From: Eledone cirrhosa
Taxonomy: Eukaryota
Assembly (NCBI GenBank): GCA_964016885.1
Contig: OZ024741.1
Coordinates: 392,274,001-392,338,000 of the forward strand
Reading direction: 5' to 3'
DNA length: 64,000 nucleotides
This document shows, in pieces, positions 1 through 14,266 of this stretch. Both the position numbers and the translations under genes were made by a program. The notes below the pieces were generated by a model. That model made no database searches. It worked only from the letters and a program-made list of their open reading frames with translations, and was not told the origin of the DNA. Numbering within the stretch: the first letter of the stretch is position 1; each line of letters starts with the position of its first letter.

Positions 1-1702
<1,702 letters not shown>

Positions 1703-1801
1703 TCAGCTAGAAGCTTCATCTTCATACTGTTTCCTAAAGCAATCACCAACTGGGAAAAAGTCCCAGCAGCGCTGTTGATACATTTCCCAAACATAGGTTT
1801 C
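1703..1801 (-). CDS. RyR: Ryanodine receptor, last coding exon ([32 protein letters not shown])
   Basis: cag acceptor at 1802-1804; RyR C-terminal signature [15 protein letters not shown]; TGA at 1703-1705. Confidence 0.97.
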   Translation of the reverse strand, partial: ETYVWEMYQQRCWDFFPVGDCFRKQYEDEASS

Positions 1802-1909
1802 CTGGAACATAAAAAAGACCAATTTCACAATATATTAAAGCATATAATTAAAACAATAATTTCTAGAAAAATGCAATTTGATGAAATATATATCCAGATA
1901 AATCTTATA

Positions 1910-2075
1910 GCAGACATTGAGACCATGACCGTCCTATCATCCAATATGTTTTTCTGTTTTCCAGGACTACATTATCCAATGTCCTTTCTTTTTAAAGACA
2001 ACATGGAGGGATTTCAGGGAGATTGTTCTGCTGTTTCAAGCAGGCTGGGAGATCATATAGAGGCTCCTTCATTGA
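1910..2075 (-). mobile_element. Fragment of an abundant SINE-like repeat; relatives near 5015-5380, 7520-7710, 43550-43750, 49430-49760, 50440-50560, 52180-52265
   Basis: Shared motifs aataacagccaaatctccctcaaatcacac, ggataatgtagtcc and a (CAA)n-like tail. Confidence 0.6.
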
Positions 2076-2451
2076 CTTGCCAGAATATAATAATTAACTT
2101 AAATGAAAAATGAGATTTGAGAAGAAGGAATATAATGACTGAAGAAATATTAATTTCTAACATAGGCTCAAAGCCATGCATATAATTTATAACATAAACA
2201 AGGCCACTGGGTAAATGTATTGACACCAGTAGTTGACTGGTATTTTATTAAACATATCCTAGATGAACAAAAGGAAAAGTGGATGTCAATGGATAAAGAT
2301 GGCAGACAGAAACACACACACAATAATAAACTAGTAAAGGTAGTGAATGTGTTTAATTATAGGAATCCCTTTGAAGAAGTTAATAACATAAATAATACAA
2401 GTAGGAGTGACAAAGTAAAATAATAACAAATAATCAGAAAGAAAAACATAC

Positions 2452-2503
2452 TTGTCCAGTGTACTCTGTGTCTGGTTTGTTGATAAGATGCATTAAGAAG
2501 AAC
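2452..2503 (-). CDS. RyR: RyR exon (FFLMHLINKPDTEYTGQ), CTD
   Basis: tag/gtatg splice sites; 52 nt, phase 2->0 fits both neighbours. Confidence 0.96.
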
Positions 2504-2619
2504 CTATCAAAAGATATAAGGATTTTTATTAGATGAAAACAACAAGCCATAAGTTTTTAATGATTTAATTTAAAGAAAAACTGTGTCCATAGCTGTCATT
2601 TGTATAGGTAAGTATACCT

Positions 2620-3115
2620 TACCTGTATGTTTTGTGTTGGTATGTATACTTTCTCGTACATATATAGGCTTGTATTTGTTCTAGGTGTATATATTATATT
2701 ATATATACTGGTATATGTGTATATGGTTATGTGTATATGTGTATTTGTGTTTGTGTGTGTATGTGTGTATGCGTGTATGCACGTATGTAAGGTGTGTATA
2801 TGTGTACTTTGTGTTTTGGTTGATGCGTATGGTGAACATATGTGTATTTACCTGTAGGTATGTGTGTGTGTGTGCATTATTTATGTATTTATGTGTGTGT
2901 ATTTATATACGTTTATATAATTATATGTATACACACATATATATATATTTTCTATGTGTATTTGGTGTATACGTTCGCCTGTGTGCGGGTACAGGTGTCG
3001 TGCAGGTTTACGAATGTGTGCGCGTGTTAATGTGTACGTGCATGTATTTGCATGCATGGTGGGTGGTTTCATGTATGCACGTGTTTGTACGTATATTGAT
3101 GCGTGTATGTATATA
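2620..3115. repeat. Degenerate (TG/TA/TGTA) low-complexity tract
   Basis: Direct inspection; source of spurious Cys/Val/Tyr ORFs. Confidence 0.85.
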
Positions 3116-3119
3116 TTAA

Positions 3120-3500
3120 TTATTATTGATTTTAATAACCTCTGTCATTTTCGTTCAACTAATTTATTTACTTTATTCTTAACTCCGAAGCCAAGAATCA
3201 TTCGGTTTCCTAAATAGAATATTAGTCTACGACATCATTTATACCATAAACGTGGTTTTGTCTTTGCGTGTAATTGTTCTCATCGCTCCACATAATGACG
3301 TACTATCTTCACTTTTTTCCATTCATTGCCAGGGAACGTCTTCACGAACCAAAGTATCGACTTCCTGTTTTCCTTCGGTTGCAACGTTTTTCGAAATATT
3401 TACTTCTGCGTTCACAGATTGATGTTTTTAGTTTCAGAAGATCCCGTTAAGGGTGAAAGCAGCGATTCTTTGCTTAAACTTTAATCTGTTATTTTAATAA
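3120..3500 (+). mobile_element. Interspersed repeat, possibly a Penelope-like 3' end; partial second copy near 62730-62800
   Basis: Shared gtttcagaagatcc.gttaagggtgaaag...ctttgcttaaactttaat.tgttattttaataaa ending in (TA)n. Confidence 0.45.
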
Positions 3501-3758
3501 ATATATATATATACTTTTATATAGATGTGTAGTATATATTATTTTATACATATCTAGGATACCTGTATATGTAATATATATCATTGTATATATATCTAGG
3601 ATGTCTAGTATGTGTTGTATATATATATATGGGATATCTATATGTGTTGTATTTACTGTTCCAGATGTGGGAAACAATATTTCATTGAAGGTCTTGGGTG
3701 AGCTTTGTATAAGGTTAGTATTTGACACAAAAGAAAAAGTGATTGATAATGTACTCAC

Positions 3759-3859
3759 ATATAATTTGCAAAATTATGTTCATTCATTACATGAGTGTCG
3801 AAACCATGCGGAACTTTGTCAAAGAATTCCTTGCCGATACCACAGATGAAACATTTAGA
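3759..3859 (-). CDS. RyR: RyR exon ([34 protein letters not shown]), C2H2 zinc finger of the CTD
   Basis: cag/gtgagt sites; CFIC..H....H motif; 101 nt. Confidence 0.97.
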
Positions 3860-4853
3860 CTGAAAACAAAATAGGGAAATAATCACATTCATTTCTAAAA
3901 TAAGCACAGGAATAGACATGTGGTTAAGTAGTTTAAGTGCTTAGTTCCTGAGTTCAATCTTACTGTTAACCACAATGGTAGTGTAGTTTCTGTTGTAGTC
4001 TCATGTTGAAGATTGCCTGCTGTTATTTTTAGCTATCTATCTGTCTATTTATCTACTTGGTTCTATACATAACTATCGATCTATTTAGCTATATATCTAC
4101 CTACCTAACCACATCTCTAGTTGATGGTCTATCTGACCTAAGAACAACAAACCACAAATCCCAATAGCAGATAGTTAGATAGATAGATATATTTCTTTAT
4201 TAGCCACAGGGGCACAAAAGAAGGGGACAAATACAAAGGGGGAAGTTTACATACAATAAAAGCATGTAAAATACTATCACAAATGCAATTTAAAAAAGCA
4301 AAGTCATCATAATTTAGTGCATATATATATTTGATAATGATTAAAAGAAATATGGAAGAAAATTACTGTAATTGATTTCAATGAATGTAAAATGAAATAC
4401 AGAAATGGCTTGTGTGATAAAAAGGAGAAGGTCAAGAAAATTGAAGATTCAAATATCTTTACATAGAATGTTGTAATCAATAAATTATTAAGCATTTTTA
4501 GCAGGTGTTCTATTAGTATACATATATGTTTTTCAGCTAACCTCCTGGTGTTGGTGATTTATATGATAAACGTACTCAGTAAAGTGGTTCATGGAGAGAG
4601 AGAGAGAGAGAGAGTAAGATATAAATGAAGAATCAACCCCAATACTGGACTGGTATTTTTTATATCGACCTCGAAAGGATGAATGGCAAAATTGGCATAA
4701 GTGGAATTTGAACTCAGAGAGTGCATACAGCCAGAATGAAAACCACAAACCATTCTATCTGATGTTCTGGCACTGCCACTTCACCATCTTAAAAATGCTA
4801 AAAGAAAAGGGTTAAAACAGTGACAGTAGAAATGGTTTAAAGAATCAATTTAC

Positions 4854-4918
4854 CTCCATATCTTCTTTCACTTGCTCCAATTGATCTCTCAACTCTCCGA
4901 AAGCATCAATGATCAAAC
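4854..4918 (-). CDS. RyR: RyR exon (GLIIDAFGELRDQLEQVKEDME), cytosolic S6 and gate
   Basis: cag/gtaaa sites; conserved GLIIDAFGELRDQ. Confidence 0.97.
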
Positions 4919-5539
4919 CTGTAGCAGAATTGAAAGCCATATATTATCATGAATGATAGTATCGAGTAATATTATTATATTCAAACATGTTGCAGTGGCT
5001 GTATATTTCTAGTTATTGTTGTTATTATGGATTAACTCCAGATCAGCCCTGTCTGAGCATATCTAGGATTAAAGACATTTCAACTATGATTGTTGCCAGA
5101 TCAATTTTATAAAAAGTAGCACACAATTTTCAAATAGTAATAGATTGTGTAACCCAAAATGAAAATTTTGCTAGTAAATCAAAAAAATAAATAGTTGCAT
5201 TCATCCCACAACAGTAGTGTAATCTGCTATTTATAGCTCAATATGGCTACTCTGATCCCATCTTTTTAGGGATATCTAGGATTATATTTTTACCTATCTT
5301 TCTCAGTGGAGTGTGATCTGTGGGAGATTTAGCTGTCATTTCTAGCAGATTGTGTGACCATATAGAGATTACCTGCCTTGGCTTATAAATGGTGTTTGGA
5401 TTTTTGCCCATATTTTTGCAATAAGGTGTTGTCTTATATTTGAATATATACGATGAATAAACAAATATTTATAGATAGTGTTATTTAGTCAAATTTAAAA
5501 AGCAATAAGCATTTTAAGGCCATTCTCCCTTAAGGGGTT

Positions 5540-6080
5540 AGCTTTACTGGCACAATGACAAGCTTCTCCACTTTGCTTTATCATCTGCAAGCCTCATCAC
5601 TAGTCCTCTGGCTTTCATTTCTTCCTCCATCATCTTTAGCCATGTTTTTCTTGGTCTTCCCCTTCTTCTATTTCTTTCCACATTCATTTCCATCACTCCT
5701 ATCACACAGTTACTCTCATCCTTACTCAACATATGACCCAACCATCTCATTCCATTACTGGCTTTATTGCCATCATCCTCTTCAATTCATTGTTCATCCC
5801 CTTCTCCCTGAGCAATTATTCACAACCTCCAAATCATTCTCATTTACATTCTTCCAGACTTCTCTGCTGCTTCTCATACATCATCCATGCTTTGCTCCAA
5901 TAAATTATGACACTTTTCACACATGCAGCATACACCTTCCCCTTCATTTTCAGCATTCCACACAGTTCCTCTTCCATGTGCATATCATTCTAGCTACTGT
6001 CACTGAGTCCGATCCACCTTCTCCATTCAAGATGTCTCCCAGATAACAGAATGTCTTTACACGTTTCATCTTCCCACCAT
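5540..6080 (-). mobile_element. Degenerate RTE-clade LINE 3' fragment
   Basis: RWLGHML...RRRGRPRKTW translation. Confidence 0.8.
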
Positions 6081-6345
6081 ACCTAAGGTTTAGATCAACA
6101 TTCTCTTCATCTGCAAGAATACACAGTTTTCATTTAAATGTACCATGTATATCTTATTTAGAAAAGGTATACCATATCTGTGTGTTTCATAAGAGGCAAC
6201 GAAAAGAATTGGCTCCCAAGAAAGGCATCTAACCTTAAAACATTGCCTCAAAAAGGCCCTCAAGAAAAATATCATTCAGTAGAATCTAAACATTGAAATA
6301 TATTTTCAAATTAAGAGTTATTTTATTGAATTATTTCTGACTTAC

Positions 6346-6453
6346 CCTGAATGATAGCCAGCAAAATGACAATGATGAAGAAGAAAAATGTGATATCAAA
6401 TATAATTCTGTATGCTTCTGATGGGTCTCCATCAGCTGGCTCAATTTCATCCC
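6346..6453 (-). CDS. RyR: RyR exon ([37 protein letters not shown]), S6
   Basis: cag/gtaag sites; 108 nt; [16 protein letters not shown]. Confidence 0.97.
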
Positions 6454-6652
6454 CTGCAAAGAAACACACAATTATTAAATCAGATTAACAATGTTGTACT
6501 TTCAACATTTTTATATTTATTAACTTTATTTTAACCATATAGTTTGTTCTGAATTAACTCTAGTGTATTTGGTCATCTTAATAAAGATGAATGTAGTAGA
6601 TACTTGTATATAAATTATGTTGCTTCAGAATTAATCTCAAATAAATGACATA

Positions 6653-6812
6653 CAGTGGAAACCAGTTATTGAGATCACTTTGGTGTGAAGCCTTTTCAAT
6701 AACAATAACTGGTTGATAACATTAAGCAAATAAAGAGTTTTGAAACCACCCATTTTCATAGCAATAACCAGTTGATAACATTATCCATGGTTGTAATAAG
6801 GAGCTTCCACCA
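6653..6812. mobile_element. Pogo/Tigger-like MITE
   Basis: ta-CAGTGGAA...TTCCACca imperfect termini; internal repeat aataac.gttgataacatta twice. Confidence 0.55.
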
Positions 6813-7153
6813 TTAATATTTTTAAAGTATTTAAAAAAAAATTGCAGTCAGAAGTGGAAGGGTAGTGCTCATAACCCATTCCAAGGTCTATGAGATTATT
6901 GGGAGAAAGTGAGGCAATTATCCTTAGACTGAAGACTTGACCTAAATGCTTGCAACAGAGGGTACTTCACTAAAGGCACCCAAGGAATAGATAGTGGTAT
7001 TAAATCAAATTACAGATGAAGTCTATGACTCAAGTTACCTTCAAATTTCAACTATATTAAGTCATTCCTTTGTTAGGACATTAACTTGTAACAAATTCCA
7101 CAGATTTAATTTTTACTGACACAGAATAATATCAGGATGAATTTAAGACAAGA

Positions 7154-7355
7154 TGCGGTGGATTGGCAGTATCGGTAGAGGGTCGGATGCCATGCTTTGC
7201 AGTATAGAGTTACGTTGCTTTACGATCTGAGTTCAAATCCCGCCAAGGTTAACTTTGCCTTTCATCCTTATGGGGTCGATAAAATAAAGCACCAGTAATG
7301 CACGGGGGGGGGGGGGATAATTGCTGGCCTTGTTCCAAAAGTAGAAACAATTATT
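7154..7355 (+). mobile_element. tRNA-derived SINE, same family as 12950-14266
   Basis: A box tggcagtatcgg, B box gttcaaatcc, core ctttgcctttcatcctt..ggggtcgataaaataaag.accag. Confidence 0.85.
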
Positions 7356-8598
7356 TATAGAGGCACTTAGTTGGATATATCTTAAATGGGATGTTATGCT
7401 GAGACTTATGGCCTATTTAAATGTAAAAGATCCCACTGACTGAAGGAGACAGAGGAAGCACACATCTAGGTTCTTAAACAAATAACTTAGTGTTCTGACA
7501 GGATTTACAAGGATAAATACATCAAGCCATCCCTGATCCAACAGACTTATGATTAAAGATGATGTTCCAGTCATGACCATCCAGTCCTTTTTCTATACCA
7601 GGAACTACTACATTGTCCATTGTCCAACTTTATTTAAGGTGGGACTTAAAATAGATTTAACTGCTATTTCTTGCAGGGTGAACAATCACTTAAAGGATCC
7701 ATTAATGGCTCATAACATCACTGGTTGAAGTTTAACGTATCAAATTGTGCAGCCCAAAGGGGAAAAAACTGTATGTGTGCAATATTTTCAAAGCAGCTGT
7801 GTTCAGTTTGAGAAGGACATATAGAAGTGATACCACACAAAATACAAAGGCAGGATTGGATCAATTGTTGAATAAAGCCTATTCCTACTAGTAAAGGCTA
7901 ACATAATCTTGTGACAAAGGTAATTTAGTATATGGAAGAAGCCACAAAAGTTATAAGTCAAGGTCAATTTTTATAGGAGGTTTAGGATTTCATTAAATTT
8001 GAGAAAGTAACAATGAAGCAGTTTATAAGATATGGAACTAGCTTGGTTCTATAGCAGAGAATTGTAAGGAATAGGATATTTCATGTGAGCCTAAATATCT
8101 GAACATCTCCTAGCACTATGGAAAGCAACATAATTATTGGTATCTCCAGATGACAACAGAAGGATGTGTTTTGTTACATACAATTACGGTTAACAAAAAA
8201 CTACAGTTCTATGAAGATATATAATCATGTAACAATTGAATACTGTATTGATATAATAGAGATCAGGAAGGCAATTCTTGTTCAGGTGTGTAATTGTATA
8301 GATTAGGTATAATACTTGTGTTCAGGATTATATTCATAATAGCTTTACAAATACAGATATGACATTAAGTGAGCCATTTCATATTTTTGTAAATACCTGA
8401 TATCCTTCCAATAAGAATTAGTAATATTAAAAGAAAAATATTTAAAATAAATAAAAAAAAAAAAAATGAAACAAAAACATATTTTGAGAAAATAGATAAG
8501 TAATAAAATAAAATTGAAAAAACAAAACAATTTTTATATTTTTTTTAAATTTCAATCTAGGAATTTGTAAAGTTATATCCAGAATAAAAGTTACTTAC

Positions 8599-8647
8599 CA
8601 ATTCCCCCTCCTGCCCTGAGGCCAGTATGTAAATGATAGACAAAACA
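8599..8647 (-). CDS. RyR: RyR exon (CFVYHLHTGLRAGGGIG), pore helix and selectivity filter
   Basis: cag/gtaagt sites; RAGGGIG joins D of the next exon. Confidence 0.96.
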
Positions 8648-9119
8648 CTGAAAAAGAAAATAGTAAAGTTTTTGTGAAAATTTAGATATTTGTTTACTTT
8701 TAGAGAAGTTGATTTTGCACCTAGGCACCAGTGGGTGCTCCTGCCAGTCATCTATATGGACTGAGGAAAACAAAAGTTGTATTCTTTGCTTGGTACCACA
8801 ACACTGTAATTGTAGTAAGAATAAGTGAAATTACCACTGCTAAACAATTCTTATAATTATGGTGGGAAGTTAATCTTTTCTAATAAATATGTTAAACTTT
8901 TATACATAAGTTTCTTTGTATACATTAATAATTGTAGATGAACCAAGGTCGCATCTGATGTTGTGAAATAATTAGTGTTAACCTCAAGGATATGATAATT
9001 CTGAATGCAAGGCAGAAAAGTCAGGCTGGTAATATTAGCAACAATTTTGACAAAGATTTACTAACAACAAACTTACTTAAACAAACTTCTTATATATAAA
9101 GATCTCATCATTATTGTTT

Positions 9120-10235
9120 AACATCATCATCACTGTTTTACGTCCGTTCTTCCACGCTAGCATGAGTTAGACGGGTTGTCCTGTTGTGGGCAGTGTCCGG
9201 TTGGCTGACCATGCCTTGCTCATATGAGAACTGATTCTGGCTTGATTTCTACAGCTGGATGCCCTTCCTAACACCAACCTCATTTACAGTGAGTGCTGGG
9301 TGCTTTTTTTCCATAGCGCCTACACGTCCACTTTACAGTGTGGGCTGGGTGCTTTTTTGCCGTGGCACCTCCACGACCACTTTGCAGTGGGAGGAGGGTG
9401 GGGCATATTGTCTATATGCTTCAGCTTTGGCTTGTACCTATGTGTGTGTGTGTGGGGGGGGGGAGAGAGGGTCTTCTGTATTAATGCATGATGCCAGAGG
9501 TCCCAGTCGTGTGTGATTGCCCTTGAGAGGTGTAATTGGGTAAGGTCGGCTTTTATCACCTCATTCCAGGTCTTCTTGAGTCTCCCCACTATGCGGCCTC
9601 CATCGACTTCTAGTGCTCTGCACCTTCTTATGCAGCTGTCATCCTTCATACACATCACATGTCCATACCAACGTAACCGCCTCTCCTTCACACAGCATTT
9701 GATTCCTCTTATGCTCAGTCTCTCTCTCAGTTCATTTATGCTTTACCATTCGCGTATATTACTATTACACATCCATCGGAGCATGCAGGCTTCGTTTCTT
9801 TCTAATCTATGTAAGTCTTCCACCTTCAGCGCCCAGGTCTCACTACCATGTAACATTGCTGTTCGGATACACGCATCATACAGTCTGCCTTTCATTTTGA
9901 GGGAGAAGTCTTTTGCAGCTAGCAGTGGCAGTAGCTCCCTGAACTTCTTCCATCCCGTTCTTACCTTAGTTATTGTACTTTCCGAACACCCACCTCCGCT
10001 GTTAATCGGTCACCTAGGTAGCAGAAGCTGTTTCTACAGAGCCCTCCCAGAGTTTGGTGGTACTTGTTTCCTGTGGCTGTTTGCTGCTTGGTGTCCCAAC
10101 ACAGCTGCTACATGTGAAGCCTACATTCTTAGTTAAGCTTCCTGAGATCCCACTACATCTTTTGTGCACCCATTGTTTGCATTTGGGGCAGAGAATGGAG
10201 TTCCTACCTACACCTTTCCTACATACTAAGCAACA
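9120..10235 (-). mobile_element. 5'-truncated RTE LINE with long 3' UTR and (GAT)n tail
   Basis: ERRLRWYGHVM..GRLKKTW; tail ggacgtaaaacagtgatgatg. Confidence 0.9.
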
Positions 10236-10603
10236 TCTATTTATATATTTATATGTGTAGTTCCCTAACTTTTCACTAGCAAGGTTCCATTTTAAGCTAA
10301 ATGAATTTTCAACCCTCTGCCATAATCACTCTCTTGCCAAATTGTTATATGGCGAGAATAACAATTGAATGAGAGAAAAGGACACCCAACAGTGTGTGTA
10401 CATTCTATTTTTGACAAAATACTTGAAATTCTGAACTTAGTTACCAGACACCACCTCTCACGTTTGTGTACCCCCAGGTTGAGAATGGATGATATTTATG
10501 ATGAAAGTATGGGTCCATAGTATATAATTTTCTGATGTAAAAAACAAAAAGAAACAACAAGAGAGAAATGAAAAATAAAACAAAAATAAAATAAAATACA
10601 TAC

Positions 10604-10735
10604 TGTAGCCATGTCATGGCATTTGTAATCAACTTGACCATCCTCTTCTTTGACATAGAACTTCCTGAAGAAGTTAAAGGCTATGACTGTGTAGATATAT
10701 ACAACAATACTTGTCAACATCACAGTAAGCACCAA
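10604..10735 (-). CDS. RyR: RyR exon ([44 protein letters not shown]), S5
   Basis: cag/gtatgt sites; 132 nt; AFNFFRKFY motif. Confidence 0.97.
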
Positions 10736-10804
10736 CTGGAAAATGAGGTAAATACATTATCATCAGGAGTCTTAATCTTCACAGACTGAATCAAATTTGA
10801 TTAC

Positions 10805-11435
<631 letters not shown>

Positions 11436-12549
11436 ACATATATATATATATATATAACTATATGCAAATTAGTATGTCAATTTCAGAATACTACTAAGAG
11501 TATATAAGCCAATTTGATATATGTTTCCTTGTGATCATTCAGATTGTATACACACCTTCTGATGAGAACTCAACTAGGTTTGAACATCAATAAACCTTTT
11601 TGAAACTAACATATGATAGACATCACATTTCCTGCTCTGTCATCCACTAATCTTCATTCTTACCTTTTCTACGCCTCAACTTCTTCTTTGTCTGCATGTT
11701 GGACTACAATCCATATTATTCTTTTCTGTTTTTCTATTTCTCTTCTATATTTTCTTCTCCTTTGGCTAACCCCTTGGGCACCATTCTTCCCCTTCTTTGT
11801 CAGTTGACTGAGTCAATGGAACTGTCCATTTTACAGTCATTTTTCCTATTGTCTTTATCCTGTGTGCACCCCTGTTTTGAATCTCTTTCTCTGTGTGTGT
11901 GTGTATATATATATATACATGAATGTATGTATAGTATATTTGGCAATATACTGAATGTTTAATTAAAAACATTTAGAAGACCATATGCTACCAGTTTTAA
12001 AGTAGTGACTATGTCATTTACTTCTTTTTGGCGAAAGAAGGGAGAGAAACTGACAGTCATGCTGGCTGGCGTTCATCAGAACCATGATATATATATATAT
12101 ATATATATAAAGAGCCTTGAATTATTTCAATGTATGTTTGTAATCTATATCATACTGTGTATATTCCGTTTGAATAGGTACACTATCTCCCTGTGTTGTA
12201 AGACTAAAAACGTTTGCACCAAGAAGGATATCCATAAAACATTATATAAAAAAGGACACCATGATGAATATGAGAATTGTCATGGGGTCTGCAAGGTTAA
12301 CCCCTACTTTGGCAGGGAAAATAAAATAGCCTTAAAATGATTGTTGCTGTTGTTTTATAGTCTAAATCATTGTTTCACTCATCTTCTCCAGCTTTCTTAA
12401 TATTTGTGTTATTGATTTTATTTTATTTAAGATTTTTTTTAGTTTCTTATTTTCTTGTTTTACTTTGTCTTACTTAAAATAAAAAATTGAATTTAGGTGT
12501 ATAACAATTTTATATAAGCATTTCCATTTAAATAAACCATTCTATTTAC

Positions 12550-12696
12550 CTGTTTTCCATTGTGTGTAACGGATTGCAAAATAGTTCTCAAAGTTTTGAA
12601 TCCAATAGCAACATCAATAAGATGAGCAGCAAAGAAGAAGTGGTTAAAATTGCCCAGCACAGAGAAGGTGAAATACCAGAGAATGTACAGGAATGA
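12550..12696 (-). CDS. RyR: RyR exon ([49 protein letters not shown]), S3-S4 and S4-S5 linker
   Basis: tag/gtaaa sites; 147 nt; [16 protein letters not shown]. Confidence 0.97.
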
Positions 12697-12949
12697 CTAG
12701 AGAAAGACAAACAGAGAATGACTTTATAACCTTATGTTCTATGAATAATAATAATAATAATAATTCCATCATTCAAAAAATGTCATGAGTATAGATGAAA
12801 GAAAAAGAAGCAACATAACAGGCATGCCAGGAATTGGAATACATAAATGAAAAGATGTATCAAATCAATTAATTTAATTTTAAGTGTTGCTAAAGCAAAT
12901 TGTCCATTTCTAATTTATTAACATTATTCTTTATCTAAATTTATCTGAA

Positions 12950-13893
12950 GGGCGGTGGATTGGCAGTATCGGTAGAGGGTCGGACGCCATGCTAGGGCGG
13001 TGGATTGGCAGTATCGGTAGAGGGTCGGACGCCATGCTAGGGCGGTGGATTGGCAGTATCGGTAGAGGGTCGGACGCCATGCTAGGGCGGTGGATTGGCA
13101 GTATCGGTAGAGGGTCAGACGCCATGCTAGGGTGGTGGATTGGCAGTATCGGTAGAGGGTCGGACGCCATGCTAGGGTGGTGGATTGGCAGTATCGGTAG
13201 AGGGTCGGACGCCATGCTAGGGTGGTGGATTGGCAGTATCGGTAGAGGGTCGGACGCCATGCTAGGGTGGTGGATTGGCAGTATCGGTAGAGGGTCGGAC
13301 GCCATGCTAGGGCGGTGGATTGGCAGTATCGGTAGAGGGTCGGACGCCATGCTAGGGTGGTGGATTGGCAGTATTGGTAGAGGGTCGGACGCCATGGTAG
13401 GGTGGTGGATTGGCAGTATCGGTAGAGGGTCGGACGCCATGCTAGGGCGGTGGATTGGCAGTATCGGTAGAGGGTCGGACACCATGCTAGGGTGGTGGAT
13501 TGGCAGTATCGGTAGAGGGTCGGACGCCATGCTAGGGCGGTGGATTGGCAGTATCGGTAGAGGGTCGGACACCATGCTAGGGTGGTGGATTGGCAGTATC
13601 GGTAGAGGGTCGGACGCCATGCTAGGGTGGTGGATTGGCAGTATCGGTAGAGGGTCGGACACCATGTTAGGGTGGTGGATTGGCAGTATCGGTAGAGGGT
13701 CGGACACCATGCTAGGGTGGTGGATTGGCAGTATCGGTAGAGGGTCGGACGCCATGCTAGGGCGGTGGATTGGCAGTATCGGTAGAGGGTCGGACACCAT
13801 GCTAGGGTGGTGGATTGGCAGTATCGGTAGAGGGTCGGACGCCATGCTAGGGTGGTGGATTGGCAGTATCGGTAGAGGGTCGGACGCCATGCT
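12950..13893 (+). repeat. Minisatellite of 21 x 45 bp (gggcggtggattggcagtatcggtagagggtcggacgccatgcta), derived from a SINE 5' head
   Basis: Direct count; unit matches the first ~45 nt of the SINEs at 7154 and 14062. Confidence 0.97.
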
Positions 13894-14266
13894 TTCCAGC
13901 ATAGTTACGTCCCTTTACGATCTGAGTTCAAATCCCGCCGAGGTTGACTTTGCCTTTCATCCTTACGGGGTCGATAAAATAAAGTACCAGTAATGCACTG
14001 GGTAATTGCTGGCCTTGTGCCTAAAGTAGAAACAATTATTCTTTATCTAAATTTATCTATAGGCGGTGGATTGGCAGTATCGGTAGAGGGTCGGACGCCA
14101 TGCTTTGACGTATAGAGTTACGGCCCTTCCCATTCTTAGTTCAAATCCCGCCGAAGTTAACTTTGCTTTATATCCTTACGGGGTCGATAAAATAAAGTAC
14201 CAGTAATGTACTGGATAATTGCTGGCCTTGTGCCAAAAGTAGAAACAATTATTCTTTATCTAAATT
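13850..14266 (+). mobile_element. Two tandem tRNA-derived SINE copies
   Basis: Two B boxes and core blocks; attattctttatctaaatt at 12923, 14035 and 14248. Confidence 0.88.

Noticed and set aside
2627-3217. Several Cys/Val/Tyr/Ile-rich ORFs (also 10772-11300, 54040, 55881)
   Set aside because: Translations of TA/CA/TG microsatellites
9513-10136. Recurrent ORFs such as MQASFLSNL...LNFFHPVL on the strand opposite RTE copies
   Set aside because: Antisense shadows of the RT frame; no independent sign of coding
10441-10520. Possible alternative pore exon (..GYTNVRGGVW before gtaa)
   Set aside because: No GGGIG, no suitable acceptor at the expected distance; likely chance
11555-11595. ctgatgagaactcaactaggtttgaacatc, hammerhead-like
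   Set aside because: GAAA core incomplete and no stem I; at most a decayed remnant
12931-13993. 323-aa and 334-aa repetitive ORFs; CRISPR-like look
   Set aside because: Open only because the 45-bp unit is a multiple of 3; no unique spacers, no cas genes, and the unit is a SINE head in a eukaryotic intron
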